In this document: piece after piece, positions 28,440-36,685 of the stretch | Numbering within the stretch: position 1 is the stretch's first letter | Layout of the letters: each line of letters starts with the position of its first letter | Source of the DNA: an uncultured Bordetella sp. | GTDB taxonomy: Bacteria; Pseudomonadota; Gammaproteobacteria; Burkholderiales; Burkholderiaceae_C | DNA length: 64,000 nucleotides | Reading direction: 5' to 3' | Assembly: GCA_964390775.1 (NCBI GenBank) | Contig: CAYMJT010000001.1 | Span: 21,199-85,198, forward strand | Notes under the pieces: model-generated | Seen by the model: the letters and a program-made list of their open reading frames with translations, nothing else | Told to the model about the DNA's origin: nothing | Databases searched by the model: none | Program-made: the position numbers and the translations under genes

Positions 28440-30173
28440 ATGAGCCCAACCCCCAAAAAGCCCCCCACCTTGCGCAGCCAACAATGGTTTGGACGTCAGG
28501 ATCGCGATGGATTTGCTTATCGCAGCTGGGTCAAAGGCAAGGGCGTGCCGCATGACCAATTCGACGGTCGGCCCGTGATCGGTATCTGCAACACCTTTAG
28601 TGAACTCACGCCCTGCAATTCGCACTTTCGAACTCTGGCCGAGCAAGTCAAGATCGGGGTCTATGAAGCGGGCGGCTTCCCGCTGGAGTTTCCGGTCATG
28701 TCCTTGGGCGAGACCTTGTTGCGCCCGACCGCCATGCTGTACAGAAATCTCGCCAGCATGGATGTTGAAGAAAGCATACGGGGCAACCCCATTGACGGCG
28801 TGGTCTTGCTGATGGGTTGCGACAAAACCACCCCCTCTTTGCTGATGGGCGCGTCGAGCGTGAATTTGCCCACCATAGGGGTCAGTGGGGGCCCCATGCT
28901 GAACGGAAAATGGCGCGGACAAGAGTTGGGCTCGGGCACCGGGGTGTGGAGCATGAGCGAACAGGTGCGCGCCGGCACTCTGAAACTGCAAGACTTTTTT
29001 GAGGCTGAGAGCTGCATGCACCGAAGCCATGGCCATTGCATGACGATGGGGACAGCGTCCACCATGGCCAGCATGGTCGAAGCCTTGGGCATCGGGTTGC
29101 CAGGTAATGCTGCTTACCCGGCGGTCGACGGGCGACGCAATGTATTGGCTCGCGAGGCGGGGCGTCGCATCGTGCAAATGGTCAAGGACGATATCAAAAT
29201 CTCGCAGATCCTGACCCGTCAGGCGTTTGAAAACGCCATTCGTACTTTGGCCGCCATTGGCGGCTCGACCAATGCGGTGATCCACCTGATCGCCATAGCG
29301 GGCCGATTGGGCGTCGAACTGAAATTGGAGGACTTCGATCGACTGGGCTCGGAAATGCCGTGCCTGGTCAACCTGCAGCCCAGCGGTCAATATTTGATGG
29401 AGGACTTTTGCTACGCCGGCGGTTTGCCCGTGGTGATGAAAGAAATTCTGGCGCATTTGCATGGCGACGCGCTGACTGTCAGTGGCCGCACCGTCGCTGA
29501 AAACGTGGCGCCTGCGCAGAACTTCAACACCGAAGTCATTAAATCCATGACCCAGCCCTTTAAAGACAAGGCCGGCATCGCAGTGCTGCGTGGCAACCTG
29601 GCCCCGCGCGGCGCGGTCATCAAACCCAGTGCAGCAACGCCCGAGTTAATGAAGCACACGGGTCGTGCGGTGGTGTTCGAAGACAGCGACGACTTTCACC
29701 GTCGCATCGACGACGAAGCCCTGGAGGTCGATGAGACCTGCATTCTGGTGTTGAAAAACTGTGGGCCCAAAGGCTACCCGGGCATGGCCGAAGTCGGCAA
29801 TATGCCTTTGCCGCCGAAGATCTTGCGCAAAGGCATCACCGACATGGTTCGAATCAGCGACGCCCGCATGAGCGGCACCGCATACGGCACCGTGGTCTTG
29901 CACACCGCGCCCGAGGCCGCTGCCGGAGGCCCCTTGGCTCTGGTGCAAAACGGCGACCAGATCACCCTTGATGTTGCCGCCCGCAGTTTGCATCTGCATG
30001 TGGATGAGGCCGAGTTGGCTCGCCGCCGCGCCGCCTGGCAGGCCCCGCCACCCGCCATGGCCAGCGGTTACTGGAAGCTGTACATCGACCATGTGCTGCA
30101 AGCCGATGAGGGCGCTGACCTGGACTTTTTGCGCGGCATGCGCGGTTCGGCCGTGCCCAAAGACAATCACTAA
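28440..30173 (+). CDS. IlvD/Edd-family sugar-acid dehydratase (L-arabinonate dehydratase-like)
   Basis: PCNSHF, GCDKTTP, CMTMGTASTM, GGSTNA, GYPGM, SDARMSGT, PKDNH C-terminus. Confidence 0.9.
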   Translation: MSPTPKKPPTLRSQQWFGRQDRDGFAYRSWVKGKGVPHDQFDGRPVIGICNTFSELTPCNSHFRTLAEQVKIGVYEAGGFPLEFPVMSLGETLLRPTAMLYRNLASMDVEESIRGNPIDGVVLLMGCDKTTPSLLMGASSVNLPTIGVSGGPMLNGKWRGQELGSGTGVWSMSEQVRAGTLKLQDFFEAESCMHRSHGHCMTMGTASTMASMVEALGIGLPGNAAYPAVDGRRNVLAREAGRRIVQMVKDDIKISQILTRQAFENAIRTLAAIGGSTNAVIHLIAIAGRLGVELKLEDFDRLGSEMPCLVNLQPSGQYLMEDFCYAGGLPVVMKEILAHLHGDALTVSGRTVAENVAPAQNFNTEVIKSMTQPFKDKAGIAVLRGNLAPRGAVIKPSAATPELMKHTGRAVVFEDSDDFHRRIDDEALEVDETCILVLKNCGPKGYPGMAEVGNMPLPPKILRKGITDMVRISDARMSGTAYGTVVLHTAPEAAAGGPLALVQNGDQITLDVAARSLHLHVDEAELARRRAAWQAPPPAMASGYWKLYIDHVLQADEGADLDFLRGMRGSAVPKDNH

Positions 30174-30213
30174 ATGGCTCACGAGCCATCTCGAACTCAA
30201 AGACGGAGACTCC

Positions 30214-30975
30214 ATGAGCACATCGAAACGTTTGGCGGGTAAAACCGCCGTGGTGACAGCCGCCGGGCAAGGCATAGGACGCGCGACTGCCGAGGCCTTT
30301 GTGCGCGAAGGCGCAAGCGTGATCGCCTGCGACATCAATACCGCGACCTTGGCCACACTCCAGCAAGCCACAGGCTGTCATACCGAGGTTCTCGATGTGT
30401 TGCGCCCCGAGGCCATCCGCGAGTTGGCGGCCCGTTTGCCAGCCATCGATATTTTGTTCAATGGCGCGGGTTTTGTGCATGCCGGCACGGTGCTGGACTG
30501 CACAGAAGAAGACTGGGACTTTGCCTTCAACCTGAATGTGCGTTCGCAATTCAGAACCATCCAGGCCTTTTTGCCCGGTATGCTAAAAAAAGGTGGCGGT
30601 TCGATCATCAATATGGCCTCGGTGGCCAGCAGCATCAAGGGCGCCCCCAACCGATTTGTTTATGGCGCCTCCAAGGCCGCCATCATTGGCTTGACCAAAG
30701 CAGTTGCAGCCGATCATGTAGGGCAGGGCGTGCGTTGCAACGCCATTTGCCCGGGCACTGTCGAGTCCCCCTCATTGCGTGAACGCATTACCGCCCAGGC
30801 CAAAGCCACCGGTCAATCGCTGGCGCAAACCGAAGCGTTTTTTGTCGCCCGCCAACCCATGGGGCGCCTGGGGCGCACCGAAGAAATTGCCGCCTTGGCG
30901 GTTTATCTGGCCAGCGACGATGCGGCTTTCACCACCGGAACCGCCCAGATCATCGATGGCGGCTGGTCGAACTGA
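30214..30975 (+). CDS. SDR oxidoreductase (2-keto-3-deoxy-L-fuconate dehydrogenase/BDH2-like)
   Basis: TAAGQGIG, NRFVYGASK, CNAICPGTVESPSL; GGAG RBS before ATG 30214. Confidence 0.85.
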   Translation: MSTSKRLAGKTAVVTAAGQGIGRATAEAFVREGASVIACDINTATLATLQQATGCHTEVLDVLRPEAIRELAARLPAIDILFNGAGFVHAGTVLDCTEEDWDFAFNLNVRSQFRTIQAFLPGMLKKGGGSIINMASVASSIKGAPNRFVYGASKAAIIGLTKAVAADHVGQGVRCNAICPGTVESPSLRERITAQAKATGQSLAQTEAFFVARQPMGRLGRTEEIAALAVYLASDDAAFTTGTAQIIDGGWSN

Positions 30976-30992
30976 ATGAGGTGAGCGCAACC

Positions 30993-32522
30993 ATGGACCC
31001 GGTTTTTTTGCTTCATCCCGACGACGATGTCGCCATCGCGCGTCAACAATTGCTCTCGGGTACCCGATTGCCTGGCGGGGTCAGCTCGCGCGGACTGATA
31101 CCCCCTGGGCACAAAGTCGCATTGCGCGAGTTGCCGTCTGGTCATGCAGTACGGCGCTATAACCAGGTCATTGGTTACGCCCTGAGCGCCATCGCGGCCG
31201 GTGAGCATGTGCATGTGCACAACCTGGGATTGCGCGACGACAGCCTGAATGCCGACCGCGATTACTCTTTTTGCGCCGATGTCAAACCCGACCCCAAGCC
31301 CATGCAAGCCCAGTTCCAGGGCATTGTGCGCGCCGATGGACGGGTGGCGACGCGCAATTACATCGCCATTTTGTCCACCGTGAACTGCTCGGCCACGGTG
31401 GCCCGAGCCATCGCCGATCATTTCTCGCGTCGCCACAATCCGCAGGCCCTGCAAGACTACCCCATGATCGATGGCGTGATCGCACTGACGCATGGCAGCG
31501 GTTGTGGCATGGACAGTGAAGGGGAGGGCCTTCAGGTGCTGGAACGCACCATGGCTGGATATGCCCGCCACGCCAACCTCGGCGGGGCGCTGGTGGTCGG
31601 CTTGGGCTGCGAAGCCAACCAGGTCGGGGTCTGGCTGAAACGTTCACACCTGAGCGAAGGCCCTTTGCTGCGCACCTTCAATATTCAGGACAGTGGCGGC
31701 ACCAGCCAGACCATCGAAAAGGGAATCGCCATGGTGCGCGAGATGCTGCCCATTGCCAATCAGGTATCGCGCCAGCCGTGCAGTGCCAAACACATTGTGG
31801 TCGGCTTGCAGTGCGGCGGATCGGATGGTTATTCTGGCATCAGCGCCAACCCCGCTTTGGGTGCGGCGGTTGATCGACTGGTCGCGCACGGAGGCACCGC
31901 CATCCTGAGCGAAACGCCAGAAATTTATGGAGCCGAGCATTTGTTGACACGACGAGCAGTGCGCCCGGAAGTTGGCCAAAAACTCGTTCAACGCATCCGC
32001 TGGTGGGAAAACTACACCCGCATCAACGGCGGCAAAATGGATAACAACCCATCGCCTGGTAACAAGAACGGTGGTTTGACGACCATTTTTGAGAAATCGC
32101 TCGGTGCAGTGGCCAAGGGCGGAACCACCAATTTGCAAGCCGTTTTTGAGTATGCAGAAACCGTCAACACGGCGGGCTTTGTCTTCATGGACACGCCTGG
32201 ATACGACCCAGTCAGCGCCACTGGACAAGTGGCGGGGGGCGCCAACCTGATTTGTTTTACAACGGGTCGCGGCTCGGCCTACGGTTGCGCGCCTGCGCCG
32301 TCGCTCAAATTGTCAACCAACAATGCCCTGTACCAGCGGCAGAAAGACGACATCGACATCAATTGTGGTGAGATCATCGAAGGCCGCATGGGCATCGACG
32401 AGCTGGGGCAGCAGATTTTTGAACATATTTTGGCCTGTGCCAGCGGTCAGGCCAGTCGCAGCGAATTGCATGGCTACGGCCAAAACGAATTCGTGCCTTG
32501 GCAATTGGGCGCTGTGATGTAA
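30993..32522 (+). CDS. UxaA/GarD-family altronate/galactarate dehydratase with SAF domain
   Basis: N-terminal SAF domain (GHKVAL, HVHVHN), STVNCS, HGSGC, GLGCE, CGGSD, FTTGRG. Confidence 0.9.
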   Translation: MDPVFLLHPDDDVAIARQQLLSGTRLPGGVSSRGLIPPGHKVALRELPSGHAVRRYNQVIGYALSAIAAGEHVHVHNLGLRDDSLNADRDYSFCADVKPDPKPMQAQFQGIVRADGRVATRNYIAILSTVNCSATVARAIADHFSRRHNPQALQDYPMIDGVIALTHGSGCGMDSEGEGLQVLERTMAGYARHANLGGALVVGLGCEANQVGVWLKRSHLSEGPLLRTFNIQDSGGTSQTIEKGIAMVREMLPIANQVSRQPCSAKHIVVGLQCGGSDGYSGISANPALGAAVDRLVAHGGTAILSETPEIYGAEHLLTRRAVRPEVGQKLVQRIRWWENYTRINGGKMDNNPSPGNKNGGLTTIFEKSLGAVAKGGTTNLQAVFEYAETVNTAGFVFMDTPGYDPVSATGQVAGGANLICFTTGRGSAYGCAPAPSLKLSTNNALYQRQKDDIDINCGEIIEGRMGIDELGQQIFEHILACASGQASRSELHGYGQNEFVPWQLGAVM

Positions 32523-32531
32523 AAAATATTC

Positions 32532-32588
32532 ATTGATAAATTAAAATCAATTCTTTTGTGGTAAATTGATCTTTTTTCAAAGATCAAT
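32532..32588. promoter_or_regulatory. Two inverted repeats with ATTGAT/ATCAAT ends upstream of NHL lipoprotein 1
   Basis: ATTGAT-N8-ATCAAT (32532-32551) and perfect ATTGATCTTT-N4-AAAGATCAAT (32565-32588). Confidence 0.4.
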
Positions 32589-32589
32589 C

Positions 32590-33771
32590 ATGACGACAAA
32601 AAATATGGACTGGTCTGATCCGGCTTTGGGCCAACCCCATGACCCCCATCGCCGCATCGTGATGTTGGGTCTGGCCTCTTGGGCCACTTTGGGTCTGCAG
32701 GCTTGCGGTGGAGGAGGGGGAACGACAACACCGCCCAAAGTGGCTGTGGTCAGCACCCTGGCCGGCTCGGGTGCAGCGGATTGGGCCGATGGCACGGGCG
32801 TTGACGCCAAATTCAATCATCCAAATGGTTTGGCGCTCGATACATCGGGCAATGTGTATGTATCGGACGAATTCAATCATCGCATCCGAATCATCTCCAC
32901 CGCTGGGGTGGTCAGCAACTATGCAGGATCAGGCAATACCAATGCGGACGGTGACGGTGAATTTGCTGAGGGGACTGGAACCGGCGCCAGTTTCTTTCAT
33001 CCGAACGGCATTTGCCTCTTGACCAATGGGGATTTGATCGTGGCCGATGCACAAAACCATCGTCTTAGACGCATCACTCCCTCACGAGTGGTCAGCACAT
33101 ACGTGGGAAGCGACGCTCATGATCTGTTCGGTAACGGCATTTATGGAGAGGGCACCGGGACTGGGGCTGGATTTGTTTCTCCATCCGTTGTGGCATTGGA
33201 TCAAAGTGGGCAGATTTTTGTAGCCGACAACAGCATCGAGGGTGCACTGCGCTTCGTCGATCGATCCAGCGTGACCACGACCCTGATCGAAAATTTGGCG
33301 ACCAAGTTGGGTGATGACGGCTTTTGCTACGTGACTGGCATGGCTTTGGATGCCACGAACCGTCGACTTTATTTTTCAGTTGAAGCATTGCACAAAATCT
33401 ATGTGATGAACCTGCTGGGCCAAGACATCCAATTGCTGGCCGGCAGCACCGCAGGCCATGCGGACGGTGTGGGCTCATCTGCCAGCTTTCGCACACCCAT
33501 GGGATTGGCCTTGGACCCTGAAGGCAATTTAATCGTGGCCGATTACGGCAACCATCTGATCCGCAAAGTCACGCCTGCGGGTTTGGTCACCTCCGTGGCG
33601 GGTTCGGGCGAAATCGATTCCAGCACTCCAGGTAACTTTGGTGTGTTTAGAGATGGAACTGGGACTGCAGCTGCATTCAACTGCCCGCTAGCCGTGGCAG
33701 TCGATACCCATGGAAATATCTTTGTGAGCGACACCTATAACCACCGCATCCGAAAAATCACCTGGGCATGA
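32590..33771 (+). CDS. NHL-repeat beta-propeller lipoprotein 1
   Basis: RR + hydrophobic segment + LQAC lipobox; repeated AG..G..DG.G..A.F..P.G.A.D..GN..V.D..NHRIRKI units; start uncertain (32590/32605). Confidence 0.85.
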   Translation: MTTKNMDWSDPALGQPHDPHRRIVMLGLASWATLGLQACGGGGGTTTPPKVAVVSTLAGSGAADWADGTGVDAKFNHPNGLALDTSGNVYVSDEFNHRIRIISTAGVVSNYAGSGNTNADGDGEFAEGTGTGASFFHPNGICLLTNGDLIVADAQNHRLRRITPSRVVSTYVGSDAHDLFGNGIYGEGTGTGAGFVSPSVVALDQSGQIFVADNSIEGALRFVDRSSVTTTLIENLATKLGDDGFCYVTGMALDATNRRLYFSVEALHKIYVMNLLGQDIQLLAGSTAGHADGVGSSASFRTPMGLALDPEGNLIVADYGNHLIRKVTPAGLVTSVAGSGEIDSSTPGNFGVFRDGTGTAAAFNCPLAVAVDTHGNIFVSDTYNHRIRKITWA

Positions 33772-33825
33772 TGAGAGATGTGCTCCATCGCATGGATGAC
33801 CGTCCTGAATCATGCAGAAAACTAC

Positions 33826-33853
33826 ACTAGATACGATGTATATTATGTTAATT
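33826..33853 (+). other. dif-like XerCD recombination site (probable chromosome dimer resolution site)
   Basis: ACTAGATACGA-TGTATA-TTATGTTAATT: spacer 6/6 and XerD arm 10/11 identical to E. coli dif; intergenic and AT-rich. Confidence 0.8.
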
Positions 33854-34022
33854 TAAATAGACTTCTTCTCGCCTGCATTGGGGATGCAAAATGTGGCGTG
33901 TCATACACAAAGATCAAAAAGCATCTTTTTTAGTCTTTAGGTATTATATAATTAGATAGTCATACGACATACTAATGTGTTTTTGGCTGTCGTGTCTACT
34001 GAAACACCTCAAAGGAATGCAC

Positions 34023-35156
34023 ATGAACAGACCCCAATCTTGCCATTTCGGATCAGGCCTTGGTGCCTGGCGATGCTTGGGCATCACCGGTTTGGTGTCT
34101 GTATTGATATTGCAAGCCTGCGGAGGGGTTGAGCGGGATTCATTTTGTGATGCCACTCAATTCAAACCCCAAATACCCGTTTGCGAGTATCAGGGAACGG
34201 GATGCACCTATGGGTCCACGACCCTTGAACTGCCGACCGCATTGGGTTCCACACCCATCAATAGCGCAGATCCGGATGGAGCGATTGCCACTGCGGGTGA
34301 TCAGATTTACTTTACTCAACCCACCCTCAATACCATCACCTGGTTGAAACTCAGTGCTGAGCGCCTGGTCACTGACTCAAGTTATGCCGTCGTATCCACT
34401 CCATCGTTTCGATTGAAGGCTGGTTCGGTATCGGTTCAGCCTTGTACAGGATTTGTTTATTCAGATTCCAGCAACAGGCTATTGGTCAAGGTCAAAAATG
34501 GGTTCTATAACAACCTGGGCTCCTCGACAAACTTCAAGCAGCCAGGTCCAACAGCCATGGACTCATCGGGTACCGTTTATGTGGTTGATTTGGGCGATCC
34601 CTTGGTCAGCACCGATCCGGGCGTGCTGTACCGGATTGATACTTCGGGCAATATCACTTCTTTGGTTCGTGATGTCACACTGCGCAAGACCACAAGCATT
34701 GCTTATGGCAACGCCTATAACGGGGTCTCAGATCGGGTTTATCTGGTGGTGAATCGCGTCCTGAAATACGTCACTCCTTCCTCATCCACACCCGCCCTGA
34801 CCGATTTGGGCCCCCTGCTCTCGCCCTCGGCCATCGCCACTGACGCGTGGGGCAATCTTTACATGGTCGAAAACCAAAACAACCTGTTGGACACCTATCA
34901 CCGAGGCCATGGGGTGACCAAATTTAACTCATCTACCTTGGTCACCACCCGAATCGCTGGTCTATTTCCCAGCAGTTCAGGGACTCCACCCGCCACCGTC
35001 ACTTACACTCAAATAATCGGCAACGCCGATAATGAGACTGATGCCACTCTGTCGACATTCAACTACCCCAGCGCCATATCGGTTGATAACCAGGGGATTG
35101 TGTATGTGCTGGATCGCGGCAATATGGCGATACGGGTGCTGAAACCTCATTCTTGA
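34023..35156 (+). CDS. Divergent NHL-repeat-like beta-propeller lipoprotein 2
   Basis: LQAC lipobox; repeats PGPTAMDSSGTVYVVD, PSAIATDAWGNLYMVE, FNYPSAISVDNQGIVYVLDRGNMAIR; AAGGA RBS before ATG 34023. Confidence 0.75.
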   Translation: MNRPQSCHFGSGLGAWRCLGITGLVSVLILQACGGVERDSFCDATQFKPQIPVCEYQGTGCTYGSTTLELPTALGSTPINSADPDGAIATAGDQIYFTQPTLNTITWLKLSAERLVTDSSYAVVSTPSFRLKAGSVSVQPCTGFVYSDSSNRLLVKVKNGFYNNLGSSTNFKQPGPTAMDSSGTVYVVDLGDPLVSTDPGVLYRIDTSGNITSLVRDVTLRKTTSIAYGNAYNGVSDRVYLVVNRVLKYVTPSSSTPALTDLGPLLSPSAIATDAWGNLYMVENQNNLLDTYHRGHGVTKFNSSTLVTTRIAGLFPSSSGTPPATVTYTQIIGNADNETDATLSTFNYPSAISVDNQGIVYVLDRGNMAIRVLKPHS

Positions 35157-35168
35157 GTCATGACTGAT

Positions 35169-35861
35169 TTACCTTGTTCGGGCCTCGATCAAAGTGACCG
35201 ATTCTTTGTGTGGCCCGTTCATGGCGAAGTCCAGGGCCGTCAATCCCAATTGATTCTTGAGCTTCAGATCAGCGCCCTGCTCGATCAGCAAACGCGTCAC
35301 CTCGGGGTTGCCATAGTGTGCGGCCATCATCAAGGGAGTAGTCCCATTCGGCGAGGCCGCATTGATGTCGGCATTTTGCTCCAACAGCCAACGAACTACA
35401 GGGGCGTGGCCACCCGCAGCAGCGTAATGCAAGGGGGACCAACCGGGTTTGTTGACCTGAGCCCCCCTAGCCAATAATTGAATCGCCAACTTCAAATGCC
35501 CCTTCAAGGCGGCCATCATCAAGGGGGTTTCGTCGTTCGGATTGACTTGATTGACCTTTATGCTGGGCCAGGCAATCAGGGTTTCGGCGACCATTAAAGC
35601 GTCGGTTTGTAGAGCCAGAGTCAAAGCAGGCTGCAGTTGTGGCGATGGGGTGTTGGGGTCAAAACCCCGTTGCAGCAGGCGTTGAACCACCTGAGCCTGA
35701 TCGGTTTCAATCGCTTTGAAGAACTCCACATAAGATTGAGCAAAAACCGGTATAAAACTATTTAAAGCATATAGAAATATCATTTTCTTCAAGTTAAACT
35801 TGAAGTATGCGAACAAGCTCTTCACACCTGTTTCGAGATTATTAAAGTGCTTTAAAATCAT
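35169..35861 (-). CDS. Ankyrin-repeat protein (probably exported)
   Basis: ETPLMMAALKG, GWSPLHYAA, GTTPLMMAA, GLTALDFA; start uncertain (possibly 35783). Confidence 0.88.
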   Translation of the reverse strand: MILKHFNNLETGVKSLFAYFKFNLKKMIFLYALNSFIPVFAQSYVEFFKAIETDQAQVVQRLLQRGFDPNTPSPQLQPALTLALQTDALMVAETLIAWPSIKVNQVNPNDETPLMMAALKGHLKLAIQLLARGAQVNKPGWSPLHYAAAGGHAPVVRWLLEQNADINAASPNGTTPLMMAAHYGNPEVTRLLIEQGADLKLKNQLGLTALDFAMNGPHKESVTLIEARTR

Positions 35862-35879
35862 GATGTTATCTAGAATTTA

Positions 35880-36680
35880 TCAAGTGGGCAAAGGGATCCG
35901 ATGAAATAAACGCTGGGTATTTTCAAAAGCGATTTGCCCCATTTCCTCTGGCTCCAGCCCCCTGATTTGAGCCAATTGTTGCGCCACCCAAGGCACCAGA
36001 GAGGGGTCATTGGTTTTGCCCCGATGCGGTGCAGGAGCCAAGTAGGGACTGTCGGTTTCGATCAAAATTCGATTCAGTGGCACCCAGCGGGCTACATCCC
36101 GTAAATCTTGGGCATTTTTAAAGGTGACAATGCCAGAAAATGAGATGTAAAAGCCCAATTCCAAGGCCGCTTTGGCCACTTCCGAGGTCTCGGTAAAGCA
36201 GTGGAACACCCCCCCCACGCTGCCCGAGGACCCATCTTCGCCCTCTTCTCTCAAAATATTCAGCGTGTCTTCTGAGGCCGCACGGGTGTGGATCACCAGG
36301 GGCAACCCCAGCTGACGCGCTGCCCGTATGTGCCTTCTAAATCGCTCCCTTTGCCAATCCATCTCTGACCAGGTGCGTTCTCCCAGGCGATAGTAGTCCA
36401 GGCCAGTTTCGCCGATGGCAACCACCTTGTCTTGCCGCCCCATTTCAAGCAATTGATCCATGCTGGGATCGATGACGTCGTCTTCATCAGGATGCACGCC
36501 TGCGGTACACCAAAAATTGTCGTACGACATGGCCAAGGCATGGACTTGTTCAAAGGTCTCGACTTTGGTTGAGATCAACAAGGCCCGCAACACCTTGGCT
36601 TGCGCCATGTGCGAGCGTATGTCGTTCAAACGCCCGAGCAGTTCGGGAAAATTCAAGTGGCAGTGAGAATCGAAATACAT
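35880..36680 (-). CDS. tatD: TatD-family deoxyribonuclease (YcfH)
   Basis: DSHCHL, GVHP, AIGETGLDY, IHTR, HCF, ETDSPYL. Confidence 0.93.
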   Translation of the reverse strand: MYFDSHCHLNFPELLGRLNDIRSHMAQAKVLRALLISTKVETFEQVHALAMSYDNFWCTAGVHPDEDDVIDPSMDQLLEMGRQDKVVAIGETGLDYYRLGERTWSEMDWQRERFRRHIRAARQLGLPLVIHTRAASEDTLNILREEGEDGSSGSVGGVFHCFTETSEVAKAALELGFYISFSGIVTFKNAQDLRDVARWVPLNRILIETDSPYLAPAPHRGKTNDPSLVPWVAQQLAQIRGLEPEEMGQIAFENTQRLFHRIPLPT

Positions 36681-36685
36681 CGGTT

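Noticed and set aside
28371..30371. Minus-strand ORFs (363 aa and 241 aa) opposite the dehydratase
   Set aside because: Antisense shadows without domain features
32532..32551. Canonical FNR box
   Set aside because: TTGAT and ATCAA are 8 nt apart rather than 4
32590..33771. Periodicity in NHL gene 1 considered as a CRISPR or DNA tandem repeat
   Set aside because: Repeats are degenerate and evident only at the protein level; there are no identical DNA repeats with spacers
33957..33974. TAGTCATACGACATACTA, a possible GntR/FadR-like operator upstream of NHL gene 2
   Set aside because: Imperfect symmetry in an AT-rich region; too weak to call
32523..35160. Prophage or IS-type mobile element at dif
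   Set aside because: No integrase, transposase, replication or phage genes, and I saw no flanking direct repeat or second dif copy
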